From positions 115,912 through 142,429 of the forward strand of contig PSLL01000003.1 in NCBI GenBank assembly GCA_040289575.1: a stretch of 26,518 nucleotides of DNA. The letters are read 5' to 3'. This stretch comes from Candidatus Dadabacteria bacterium. Lineage in GTDB: Bacteria > Desulfobacterota_D > UBA1144 > Nemesobacterales > CSP1-2. The notes under the pieces were generated by a model. The model worked only from the letters and a program-made list of their open reading frames with translations, ran no database searches and was not told where the DNA came from. The position numbers and the translations under genes are program-made. Below, one piece after another: positions 16,927 to 26,183 of this stretch (within the stretch, counting starts at the first letter, position 1; every line of letters begins with the position of its first letter).

Positions 16927-17457
16927 ATGAGAAAAATGATTTTAGTCTTTATATGGGTATTACTCATAGTTATTCCGCTTGCCTCATGCGAAAGGAAAAA
17001 AGGAGAGGGAGAAGCTTCCAGTGAGTCAAAGGGAGTTTATGCAAAGAATTTTTCACTCTCATCTCTGGACGGAAATAGAAAGGTAGAGCTCAAGGATTTT
17101 AAAGGTAAACCCATTGTAATTAACTTCTGGGCTTCTTGGTGCGGCCCGTGCCGCGAGGAGATACCGCTTCTTGAAAAAACATGGGATGATTATAAAGACA
17201 AAGGAGTGGTATTTCTCGGGATAAACGTGCTCGACGAAGAAAAGAACGCTAAAGAATTTCTCCGTTCATTGGGAGTTTCATATATAAACCTACGGGATTC
17301 TTCAGGCGAGGTCGCAGACTCATACAGCGTGGTTGCGCTGCCCGTAACCTTTTTTATAGACAAGGAGGGGAAAATAATAAGAAGGAATTATGGGGCATTT
17401 TTAGGCAAGAGGGGTGAAGCAAATTTTATAAATTATATAGAGGAAATAATGAAATGA
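16927..17457 (+). CDS. TlpA/ResA-family thiol-disulfide reductase lipoprotein
   Basis: LASC lipobox, INFWASWCGPC, LPVTFFID. Confidence 0.93.
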   Translation: MRKMILVFIWVLLIVIPLASCERKKGEGEASSESKGVYAKNFSLSSLDGNRKVELKDFKGKPIVINFWASWCGPCREEIPLLEKTWDDYKDKGVVFLGINVLDEEKNAKEFLRSLGVSYINLRDSSGEVADSYSVVALPVTFFIDKEGKIIRRNYGAFLGKRGEANFINYIEEIMK

Positions 17458-18209
17458 ATCCATCTGTTGGAGAAGTAAGCTGGATACTTGCATTTCTTGC
17501 CGGGGTCGTCTCTTTCGTATCTCCGTGCGTGCTTCCTCTCATCCCGGGGTATATCTCCATGGTTTCTAATCTATCATTTCAAGAGTTGAAAAAAGAGAGT
17601 GTAGAAGGGAGGACAAGGAAGATCCTCTTTCCAAGCGTTCTATTCGTCCTCGGCTTTTCAGCCGTATTCATAACCCTTGGTGTCTCGGCCTCTCTTATAG
17701 GCGGATTTCTGTCAAGAAATAAATTGCTACTCTTTAGAATATCGGGAGCGATTATCATTATCTTCGGTCTTTTCGTAATGGATATACTCAAAATATCCCA
17801 ACTCTATAGAGAGAAAAGGATCAATATGCCTCACGGTAATCTGGGATTTATAGGAACGTTCTTTCTTGGAATCGCATTCGGCTTCGGCTGGACCCCTTGT
17901 ATCGGGCCAATTCTCGCATCAATTCTCCTATACGCAAGCACAACAGGCGGAGCAGCTAAAGGTGCTGCACTCCTCTTTGTCTACTCCATCGGATTGGGAC
18001 TGCCTTTTTTACTTACGGGGATTGCGCTCTCACGCGCCCTTACAGCATTTGGCTGGATAAAGCGGCACTATGGTCTATACAAAGGCACAGTTGGAGGAGT
18101 GTTAGTCATCATAGGGATTCTAATGTTAACAAACAACCTATACTATCTCAATATTTATGGACAAAAGGCCTTCGATTGGATGGGGCTAGATTTTTGGAGA
18201 AGCTTCTGA
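17454..18209 (+). CDS. ccdA: Cytochrome c biogenesis protein CcdA (DsbD transmembrane domain)
   Basis: SPCVLPLIP and GWTPCIGP redox Cys motifs; multiple TM segments; ATGA-coupled to the tlpA-like gene. Confidence 0.93.
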   Translation: MNPSVGEVSWILAFLAGVVSFVSPCVLPLIPGYISMVSNLSFQELKKESVEGRTRKILFPSVLFVLGFSAVFITLGVSASLIGGFLSRNKLLLFRISGAIIIIFGLFVMDILKISQLYREKRINMPHGNLGFIGTFFLGIAFGFGWTPCIGPILASILLYASTTGGAAKGAALLFVYSIGLGLPFLLTGIALSRALTAFGWIKRHYGLYKGTVGGVLVIIGILMLTNNLYYLNIYGQKAFDWMGLDFWRSF

Positions 18210-18275
18210 ATTATAAACTATACTCTAAGTTATTAAGAATATTTTTTCTATACGATTCGGTAACGGAGATAAAAT

Positions 18276-18618
18276 ATGCAAACACTTGAGTCTATATTAG
18301 CGGAACTTTCTCGTGGCACTTGAAATGGCGTTTGTACCTGAACGTGAGCCCATTACCATTCACACCCTTGGAGAAGGTGATGTGCTCGGCTGGTCTTGGC
18401 TCTTCCCGCCATACAGATGGCGATTCAGTGCTCGTGCAGTGGCACATACCGAAGCCATTGTTCTGGATGGAAGATACATTCGTGCAAGATGTGAAGAAGA
18501 CCATGATCTTGGATATGAACTCCTGAAGCGATTTGCTGAGGTTATTGAGCAGCGGTTTCAAGCAATGAGGAGGAGATTACAACTCCTTCTCTTTCCAGCC
18601 TATTACATCAAACCCTAG
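18276..18618 (+). pseudogene. Cyclic-nucleotide-binding (Crp-like) domain protein, frameshifted and internally deleted
   Basis: GGAG then ATG 18276 gives MQTLESILAE.. with a stop at 18321-18323. The +1 frame continues FLVALE..FVPERE PITIHTLGEGDVLGWSWLFPPYRWRFSARA..CEEDHDLGYELLKRF. The usual IFREGE segment between them is absent. Confidence 0.75.
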
Positions 18619-18678
18619 ATTCATGCATGGTAACTATTCATTTATCTATATCTGCCTTTAATGAAACGAAGGAGGAGC

Positions 18679-18707
18679 TTGACGACAGACGATGTATTGG
18701 GTATATT
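18679..18707 (+). promoter_or_regulatory. Sigma70-like promoter of the pnt operon
   Basis: TTGACG-N17-TATATT, upstream of AGGAGG and the GTG start. Confidence 0.55.
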
Positions 18708-18740
18708 CACTTCTCCAATTTCTCATAGGAGGCGCAGATA

Positions 18741-19874
18741 GTGCGCGTCGGAATTCCCAAAGAAACACTGCCCGGTGAGCGCCGTGTTGCCGCTGTTCCC
18801 GAAACGGTAAGCAAGATGACAAAGGCGGGAATGCAGGTGGTTGTTGAGTCCGGGGCCGGAGAGGGAGCCTTCATTACTGACCGGGAATTTGAGGGTGCCG
18901 GAGCCACAATTGCCCCAAATGCCCAGGCACTATTCTCGGAAGCCGATATATTGTTAAAGGTCAATAAACCCACAATTGACGAGATCGGGCAGATGAAGGA
19001 AGGAGCCATCCTTATCTCTTTCCTACAGCCCTTTGCCAGTCCAGAGATTATAAAGAAACTGGCGGAGCGAAAAATTGCTGCCCTCTCTATGGAAATGGTG
19101 CCAAGAATCACCCGGGCTCAGCGCATGGACGCGCTCTCTACAATGAGCACAGTTGCCGGGTATAAGGTTGTCCTGATAGCGGCAAACACCTGTGGTAGGT
19201 TCTTTCCGATGCTCTCTACGGCTGCTGGAACCATTCAACCCGCTAAGGTAATTATAATAGGTGCAGGTGTGGCAGGGCTACAGGCAATAGCCACGGCCAA
19301 ACGCCTAGGAGCAGTCGTAACCGCATTTGATGTTAGACCCGCGGCTGGTGAGCAGGTAAAGAGCCTCGGAGCAGAATTTGTATCGCTTGAGGTTCCTCAT
19401 GAGCAGGCAGAAGATGTTGGTGGATACGCCAAGGAGCTTCCCCAAGAGTTCTATAAAAAGGAGCAGGAATTAATACGTAAGCATTCAAAAGACGCTGATG
19501 TTATTATCAGTACAGCGCTCATCCCTGGAAAGCGCGCTCCAATACTGATCACCGAAGAGATGGTTAAGGAGATGAAACCCGGCTCCGTTATCGTGGATAT
19601 GGCGGTAGAACAAGGAGGCAACTGCACACTTTCAGAACCCGGCAAGGAAGTAGTAAAACACCGCGTAACTATAATCGGTCTGCTCAATATTCCAAGCACA
19701 ATGCCGGTTCACGCGAGTGTGCTATATGCGAGGAATATACTTGCGTTTTTGAATCTAATTTCTCCGGATGGAAAGTCGGCAAAGATTGACCTTTCAGATG
19801 ACATAATCAAGGGTTCCTTAATAACCCAGAATGGACAGATAGTGCATCCGGCTATAAAAGAGATCGTTAAATAA
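18741..19874 (+). CDS. pntAA: NAD(P) transhydrogenase subunit alpha part 1 (dI, NAD-binding)
   Basis: GIPKE...ERRVA, PRITRAQRMDALS, GAGVAGLQA, GGYAKE, DMAVEQGGNC. Confidence 0.96.
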   Translation: MRVGIPKETLPGERRVAAVPETVSKMTKAGMQVVVESGAGEGAFITDREFEGAGATIAPNAQALFSEADILLKVNKPTIDEIGQMKEGAILISFLQPFASPEIIKKLAERKIAALSMEMVPRITRAQRMDALSTMSTVAGYKVVLIAANTCGRFFPMLSTAAGTIQPAKVIIIGAGVAGLQAIATAKRLGAVVTAFDVRPAAGEQVKSLGAEFVSLEVPHEQAEDVGGYAKELPQEFYKKEQELIRKHSKDADVIISTALIPGKRAPILITEEMVKEMKPGSVIVDMAVEQGGNCTLSEPGKEVVKHRVTIIGLLNIPSTMPVHASVLYARNILAFLNLISPDGKSAKIDLSDDIIKGSLITQNGQIVHPAIKEIVK

Positions 19875-19887
19875 GGACGTGTATCTG

Positions 19888-20193
19888 ATGGATACAGCTT
19901 CATACTATATACAAGCTTTATACATCTTCTTCCTTGCCGGATTCGTAGGATTCATGGTAATATCGCGAGTCCCACCCCTGCTTCATACGCCTCTTATGTC
20001 AGCTACTAATGCTATATCTGCAATATCTGTAGTTGCAGCAATTATCATCGCCGGAAGCGGACACGGTACCGTAGTAACAATACTTGGAGTCATCGCTGTA
20101 GCTGCCGCGATGTGTAACGTAGTGGGTGGATTCTTGATTACAGAGCGCATGTTAAAGATGTTTAAAAAGGGTAAAGGCCAAAGCGAGAAATGA
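19888..20193 (+). CDS. pntAB: NAD(P) transhydrogenase subunit alpha part 2 (membrane)
   Basis: LHTPLMSATNAIS and NVVGGFLITERMLKMF; alternative GTG start at 19879. Confidence 0.95.
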   Translation: MDTASYYIQALYIFFLAGFVGFMVISRVPPLLHTPLMSATNAISAISVVAAIIIAGSGHGTVVTILGVIAVAAAMCNVVGGFLITERMLKMFKKGKGQSEK

Positions 20194-21581
20194 CCAGCAG
20201 CATCCTCATTAATCTGGTTTATCTTATATCCGCTATACTCTTCATACTTGGACTCAAGGGACTAAACTCTCCCGAGACAGCCCGCCGCGGACAAAAGCTG
20301 GCTGCAATAGGAATGCTCCTGGCCATACTCGCGACACTAGTTCAAAAGGAAATAGTCAGCTACTGGGGAATTATCATTGGAGCCATAGTCGGTGCTATAG
20401 CTGGAGTGGGTATCGCAGCTTGGACACCTATGACGGCGATGCCACAGCGGACTGCCCTATCGCATGCATTCGGGGCATTGGCAGCAGCCCTCGTGGGTAT
20501 TGCTGAATACTATCATGGCGTAGACCTAAACAAGGTAAGAATGACCTCTATTGGCTCTGAGGTTATGCTTGGAAGTTTGACATTTACAGGGAGTATGATG
20601 GCCTTTGGCAAATTGCAGGGGGTTTTGCCCGGAACACCCTGGACATACAAGGGTCAGAACATTTTTAATATATCGCTTCTCGCAGTCATGGTCGGGATTG
20701 TCATATTCCTCATATTTGTGCCTTCGGCCAGTTTCCCCTTCTATATTATGGTGGTTATGTCTTTGGCTTTTGGTGTGTTTCTGATTCTGCCCATTGGGGC
20801 GGCGGATATGCCGACTGTTATTGCTATACTGAACTCATACGCCGGTATCTCGGCATCTCTTCTGGGCTTTGCGCTTTCAAATAACATACTGATCATCGGC
20901 GGGGCGGTTGATGGCGCATCGGGCTTTATACTCTCAATTCTTATGTGCAGGGCTATGAACCGATCTATTACGAATGTGCTATTCGGCGCATTTGGAAAGG
21001 TCGTTCCATCGGATGTAGCGGCTGCCGCTGAGCTAGGCGCGAAAACCGTGCGTTCAGGCACTCCAAAAGAAGCAGCTGAGCTCTTCGATAACGCAAAACT
21101 CGTTATCGTTGTTCCCGGCTATGGAATGGCCGCCGCACAGGCGCAACACGGGGTCAGGGAACTAGCCGACATCCTTAAGGAACGCGGGGCTACAATTAAA
21201 TATGCCATACATCCGGTTGCAGGACGTATGCCGGGGCATATGAACGTCCTGCTTGCCGAAGCAAATGTTCCATACGACGAACTGATTGATATGGACGACA
21301 TCAATCCCGAATTTCCCGATGCGGATGTAGCCCTCGTGATCGGCGCTAATGATGTGACGAATCCGGCGGCACGCCATGATAAGAGCAGCCCGATTTATGG
21401 GATGCCTATACTAGATGTCGATAAAGCCAAGCAGATTATAGTCATCAAGCGCAGCATGAATCCAGGATTCGCCGGTATTGAAAACGAGCTCTACTATAAC
21501 GAAAAGACAATGATGGTATTTGGCGATGCCCGTACTGTTGTCGGTAATATAGCTAAAGAATTAAAGGACCACTCTCGGTAA
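20190..21581 (+). CDS. pntB: NAD(P) transhydrogenase subunit beta
   Basis: MTAMPQ, IGAADMP.VI..LNSY, MCRAMNRS, VPGYGMA, HPVAGRMPGHMNVLLAEA, GANDVTNP. Confidence 0.97.
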   Translation: MTSSILINLVYLISAILFILGLKGLNSPETARRGQKLAAIGMLLAILATLVQKEIVSYWGIIIGAIVGAIAGVGIAAWTPMTAMPQRTALSHAFGALAAALVGIAEYYHGVDLNKVRMTSIGSEVMLGSLTFTGSMMAFGKLQGVLPGTPWTYKGQNIFNISLLAVMVGIVIFLIFVPSASFPFYIMVVMSLAFGVFLILPIGAADMPTVIAILNSYAGISASLLGFALSNNILIIGGAVDGASGFILSILMCRAMNRSITNVLFGAFGKVVPSDVAAAAELGAKTVRSGTPKEAAELFDNAKLVIVVPGYGMAAAQAQHGVRELADILKERGATIKYAIHPVAGRMPGHMNVLLAEANVPYDELIDMDDINPEFPDADVALVIGANDVTNPAARHDKSSPIYGMPILDVDKAKQIIVIKRSMNPGFAGIENELYYNEKTMMVFGDARTVVGNIAKELKDHSR

Positions 21582-21656
21582 TTATAGAAGCCTGATTTTA
21601 TCTCTCATAATATTTTCACATTTAAATCATCCAAAATATGTGCGGGCACATATATA

Positions 21657-21685
21657 TTGACTGTCTCCAATTAGATTCTTATACT
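21657..21685 (+). promoter_or_regulatory. Sigma70-like promoter
   Basis: TTGACT-N17-TATACT, followed by TAAGGAGGT and ATG 21707. Confidence 0.6.
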
Positions 21686-21706
21686 GTAATTAAGGAGGTT
21701 AAGATA

Positions 21707-21943
21707 ATGCCACTTTATGAATATAGATGCGAAGAATGTGAAAACAGGTTTGAGGTACTCGTTCTAAGTTCAGAGGATGAAGTTAGCTGTCCCGAATGCA
21801 AAAGCCTAAAGATAGAGAGGTTATTCTCAGTATTTGGTGTTAAATTCGGAAATTCTGTCTCTATTTCATCCACTCCGGTGAGTTCTGTCAGTTCAGGCTG
21901 CGGATGTACACCTGTAAGCTGTGGATGTCACTCTAAAAATTAG
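21707..21943 (+). CDS. FmdB-family zinc ribbon protein
   Basis: MPLYEYRCEEC...FEVL...CPECKS; perfect SD; Cys-rich tail. Confidence 0.88.
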   Translation: MPLYEYRCEECENRFEVLVLSSEDEVSCPECKSLKIERLFSVFGVKFGNSVSISSTPVSSVSSGCGCTPVSCGCHSKN

Positions 21944-22144
21944 CCAGAAACCACAAAGTCTTCCCCTACGGTCGGAGTTCGATATATATAAAAATAGACC
22001 TTCATGCCTGACATAAAGAAAAGGGGTAATTCTCCCTTGATCGCCCCTATTGGAGACAGCAAAAGATCAACTCTCATTCGCTTGTTCTTTGCTTTTTTTT
22101 ATCTCTTCTCCCTCAATTCTATGCCCTCTATGTGGTTACACATT

Positions 22145-22354
22145 CTATCTTACTACAAATCCAAAATTAAGTGAGAAAAATGGAAAGAATGGATCAACCA
22201 CGAATGGAGATGCAACTACAAAAGGACGTCTAACTACGAACGGGCGTTCAACGACAACGTGACGCCGGACTATAACGGGGCGTGCCGAACCTACAGATGG
22301 AATAGCCATACCAAAGGTTAAAGCAATAAGCAGCAAAAGGACGAGTTTTTTCAT
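22145..22354 (-). CDS. Small secreted protein with PFVV repeats
   Basis: SD GGAGG; MKK plus hydrophobic signal peptide; repeat copies use different synonymous codons. Confidence 0.7.
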   Translation of the reverse strand: MKKLVLLLLIALTFGMAIPSVGSARPVIVRRHVVVERPFVVRRPFVVASPFVVDPFFPFFSLNFGFVVR

Positions 22355-22424
22355 GATTTTTCCTCCCCTTTAAGCGATTCCCTACAATTACTTATACTTA
22401 TAAACCCCAGAACGGACAAAAAGG

Positions 22425-22718
22425 TTACAATTTTCTTTTACCCGTCTTTTGAACAAAGTCTATAGTATCTCTTGTTGCTATAAAAGACTCAGATAGATTT
22501 ATCACTTTAAATGGCGCTCCATATGGACTTGTTATTATACCGTTGTATTCTCGGTGCACTGCCATCCATTGATTTATTCGATTAATAAGGAACTCAACGT
22601 TATTCTTCCAAAGAGACATGCCGATTTCAAAGCCGAGGAGACAATTTTCCATAACTAAGTTTAGGAATTTACTAGACGCATTGCAGAAATCTAAGGGTTT
22701 CATCTCTTTCGTATTCAC
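22425..22718 (-). CDS. Hypothetical helical protein, possibly a degenerate phasin-like gene
   Basis: 97-aa ORF fills the gap between co-oriented genes and has an amphipathic pattern; start uncertain. Confidence 0.35.
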   Translation of the reverse strand: MNTKEMKPLDFCNASSKFLNLVMENCLLGFEIGMSLWKNNVEFLINRINQWMAVHREYNGIITSPYGAPFKVINLSESFIATRDTIDFVQKTGKRKL

Positions 22719-22796
22719 CCCATCTATCTTCCATACCGCCAGGATAATCCCTTTTACAGTTTATAACGTATGAATCTGCAAGTCAAAGAAATCCTT

Positions 22797-23711
22797 TCAT
22801 GAGTAATCCGGTAAGGTGTGCGGGTCAACATGTACCATGACATCGGAATTCGGTATGGCGTTTTCAATGTCCTTTATAATCTCTTCCGCAACTCTATGTG
22901 ATTCAACAAAGCTCAGTGTATGGTCTACTACGAGGTGAAATTCTATAAACTTCTCAGATCCAGACCTTCTTGTACGCATCTTATGAAAACCTTTTACGAG
23001 TGGTTTATGTTTTAGTATTATCCTCTCAACTTCCCTCACGATCTCTTTTGGGAGCTCCCTATCCATTAAAATATCCACAGCCTCCCTAAAAATAGTTGCA
23101 ATTGACCAGATTATATATAGAGCGACACAAATAGAGACTAAAGAATCTATAAGCACAAGTCCTGTGAATTTTACAATAACTAGTCCAAAAATAACCCCTA
23201 AATTCGTATACACATCGGAGCTATAGTGAACACTGTCTGCTCCAAGCGCAACGCTTTCAGTATCTTTTGATACTCTTTTCAAATACCTAGCAAGAAAAAA
23301 ACTCACAAATGCAGAAAATATCATAATGAAAATTCCTAGATCCAATGATTGCAAAGGTGTCTTTATAACTAATCTCTTAACTGAGACATAGATCAAGTAT
23401 ATGGAGGAACCACCAAATATAAGGCTCTGAAATACGCCGGCAAGCCCCTCGGCCTTGCCATGGCCAAACCTGTGCTCTCTATCCGCGGGCTTTTCCGCTT
23501 TCTTTATTGAGAAATAGTTTACTGAAGAGGCAGCTAAATCGAGAAATGAATCAACTGCAGAGGCAAATATGCTTATTGAGTTTGTAAGGAAACCGAATAG
23601 GAGCTTTACAACTATTAAAGAGAAAGATACTACTACAGAGAGGGCCGCTGTTCTCAGTTTCTTATTTTGATTAATTCTACCAATAATGGATAATGAATTT
23701 AAATCAATCAA
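22797..23711 (-). CDS. Cation diffusion facilitator transporter (FieF/YiiP-type)
   Basis: DSFLD (TM2) and HYSSD (TM5) metal site; PADREHRFGHGKAE; C-terminal VHVDP; TTG start uncertain. Confidence 0.92.
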   Translation of the reverse strand: MIDLNSLSIIGRINQNKKLRTAALSVVVSFSLIVVKLLFGFLTNSISIFASAVDSFLDLAASSVNYFSIKKAEKPADREHRFGHGKAEGLAGVFQSLIFGGSSIYLIYVSVKRLVIKTPLQSLDLGIFIMIFSAFVSFFLARYLKRVSKDTESVALGADSVHYSSDVYTNLGVIFGLVIVKFTGLVLIDSLVSICVALYIIWSIATIFREAVDILMDRELPKEIVREVERIILKHKPLVKGFHKMRTRRSGSEKFIEFHLVVDHTLSFVESHRVAEEIIKDIENAIPNSDVMVHVDPHTLPDYS

Positions 23712-23745
23712 GAAATACCATTCCTAGGCTTTCTTCGAATTTAAC

Positions 23746-26040
23746 CTAAACCGATGTAATGGCCATTTTATTCTCGAGATTCCTTCCCAAAGAACCGATC
23801 TCTTGGGCTTCTACCACAGCGATTGAAGACATATTTACAATATCTCTTACTTCGCATCCTCTTTGAAGGACATGGACGGGTTTCTTCATACCCATAAGTA
23901 TTGGCCCTATAGCTTCGGCATTGCCTAATCTCTGTATGAGTTTATATGCTATGTTTCCAGACTGAAGATCTGGGAAGATGAGGATATTTGCTCCTCCATT
24001 CAGAGTGCTAAATGGGTAAATCTCTGATATGATCTCTGGAACAACAGCGGTATCTGCCTGCATCTCGCCGTCTATCATTAAATCAGGTGCCTTTTTCTTT
24101 GCAATCTCCGTGGCACGCCTAACCTTTTCCGAGAGTGGATGCCTCGCGCTCCCGAAGTTCGAAAATGAAAGCATCGCAACCCTGGGTTCAACACCGAACC
24201 TCTTAGCCATCTCTGCCGTATTTATGGCGATCTCAGCGAGGTCTTCTTCCGTAGGCTCAATGTTAACTGTAGTGTCGGCAAAGAAATAGACCTGGTTCTT
24301 AATAGTAATAATATAGACGCCCGCAACCTTGGAGACTCCCTCTTTTATACCAACAATCTGGAGTGCCGGCCTTATGGTATCGGGATAATTTTGAGTCACA
24401 CCGGCGATTATCGCATCCGCGTCGCCTTTATGTACCATCATACAACCATAAATAGTATTATCCCTTATGTACTCTCGCGCCTCAACAAGTGTAATACCCT
24501 TGCGGTTTCTGAGATTAAAAAGTTCAACCGCATACTCCTCACGCTTCGGGGAAGACCTAGGGTATATAATCTCAACTCCACTTAGGTTTACATCAAAGCT
24601 CTGTGCCGCATCCTTTATTATGTCCTCTCTTCCAAGAAGAATCGGAGAGGCAATTTTTTCCTCAACGAGGATTTGGCTCGCCATCAGTATCTTTTCATTT
24701 GACCCTTCTGGGAAAACAATCCTCTTTGGTTGTCTCTTTGCTCTGCCGACCATTATTCGCATAATCTCGCGTGATTTCCCAAGTCGGTTCTCGAGTCTTT
24801 CCTTATACTCCTCAATGTCTATTTTTATCCTGGCGTCTCCCGTTCTCATAGCCGCTTCTGCTACGGCAGCGGATTCCCAAACAAGCACCCTGGGATCAAA
24901 GGGTTTAGGAATAATATATTCGGGTCCGAACTTAAAATATGTCTGCCTATAGGCCTTGGCCACCGAATCGCCAGCGCCCCGCTTAGCAAGATCGGCTAAG
25001 GCACGGGCAGCGGCAATCTTCATATCTTCATTAATCGCCCTTGCCCTTACATCAAGCGCTCCTCGGAATATAAATGGAAAACCAAGAACATTGTTTACCT
25101 GGTTTGGATAATCAGACCTTCCCGTAGCCATAATAACATCGCTTCTTGCCGCTTTTGCATCTTCATAGGTAATCTCAGGATCGGGATTTGCCATCGCAAA
25201 TACAATAGGCTTATCAGCCATTGATTTTATCATCTCCTTCGTTACCGCTCCGCCTACTGAGAGTCCAACAAAAACATCCGCCCCCTTCATGGCATCGGCA
25301 AGTGTTCTCACATTCGTATCAACTGCAAACCTCTCCTTCTGAGGGTTCATTCCCTTTTCCCTTCCCTTATATATGACGCCAATACTATCGCACATAATTA
25401 TGTTTTCTCTTTTTGCACCAAGAAGTATATAGAATTCGGCACACGCAATTCCGGAAGCACCCGCACCATTAAAAACTATCCTTACTTCGCTTATATCCTT
25501 GCCTACAAGCTCACATGCATTGAGCAGCCCTGCTCCCGAAATTATAGCCGTTCCATGCTGATCATCATGAAATACGGGGATGTCCAGCTGCTTTTTTAAT
25601 TCATCCTCAATATAGAAACATTCAGGGGCTTTTATATCCTCAAGGTTTATTCCTCCGAAAGTAGGCTCAAGGAGTTTTACCGCCTTGATCACCTCATCCG
25701 GGTCATGTGTATCGAGCTCAATATCAAAAGCATCAATATCCGCAAAACGCTTAAAGAGAACACTCTTGCCCTCCATAACAGGCTTCCCCGCAAGAGGCCC
25801 TATATCACCGAGCCCTAGAACAGCCGTCCCATTTGTCACAACAGCAACCAAATTCCCCTTAGCCGTATACTTATAGACCAAGTCTGGATTTCTCTCTATC
25901 TCCCTACAAGGCTCAGCCACACCAGGCGTATAGGCTAAAGAAAGATCCCTTTGAGTTATACAAGGTTTGGTCGGCACTATCTCAATTTTTCCCGTGCGCT
26001 CCCTGCTGTGGTACTCTAGGGCAGTCTGCTTCTTATTCAT
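23746..26040 (-). CDS. maeB: NADP-dependent malic enzyme fused to a phosphotransacetylase-like domain
   Basis: [51 protein letters not shown] domain [22 protein letters not shown]. Confidence 0.97.
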   Translation of the reverse strand: MNKKQTALEYHSRERTGKIEIVPTKPCITQRDLSLAYTPGVAEPCREIERNPDLVYKYTAKGNLVAVVTNGTAVLGLGDIGPLAGKPVMEGKSVLFKRFADIDAFDIELDTHDPDEVIKAVKLLEPTFGGINLEDIKAPECFYIEDELKKQLDIPVFHDDQHGTAIISGAGLLNACELVGKDISEVRIVFNGAGASGIACAEFYILLGAKRENIIMCDSIGVIYKGREKGMNPQKERFAVDTNVRTLADAMKGADVFVGLSVGGAVTKEMIKSMADKPIVFAMANPDPEITYEDAKAARSDVIMATGRSDYPNQVNNVLGFPFIFRGALDVRARAINEDMKIAAARALADLAKRGAGDSVAKAYRQTYFKFGPEYIIPKPFDPRVLVWESAAVAEAAMRTGDARIKIDIEEYKERLENRLGKSREIMRIMVGRAKRQPKRIVFPEGSNEKILMASQILVEEKIASPILLGREDIIKDAAQSFDVNLSGVEIIYPRSSPKREEYAVELFNLRNRKGITLVEAREYIRDNTIYGCMMVHKGDADAIIAGVTQNYPDTIRPALQIVGIKEGVSKVAGVYIITIKNQVYFFADTTVNIEPTEEDLAEIAINTAEMAKRFGVEPRVAMLSFSNFGSARHPLSEKVRRATEIAKKKAPDLMIDGEMQADTAVVPEIISEIYPFSTLNGGANILIFPDLQSGNIAYKLIQRLGNAEAIGPILMGMKKPVHVLQRGCEVRDIVNMSSIAVVEAQEIGSLGRNLENKMAITSV

Positions 26041-26183
26041 CTCGTTCTCCCTTTAGTTCCGGTTGTTGTCGGGTTAATTGTGATTCTAAAAAAAGCTCTC
26101 ATGTTTAAATCCTTTGTATTTTATAATATTTCTTTAAACCTGTCCATAAATCCCAGAGATTTTATAACTTTAATTTCTCAATA

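Noticed and set aside
18679..18741. 20-codon uORF (TTG...TAG) overlapping the pntAA start
   Set aside because: Its TTG is the -35 box of the predicted promoter, and the SD spacing is too short
21965..21985. GGAGTTCGAT resembling a tRNA T-loop
   Set aside because: No T-stem pairing or cloverleaf
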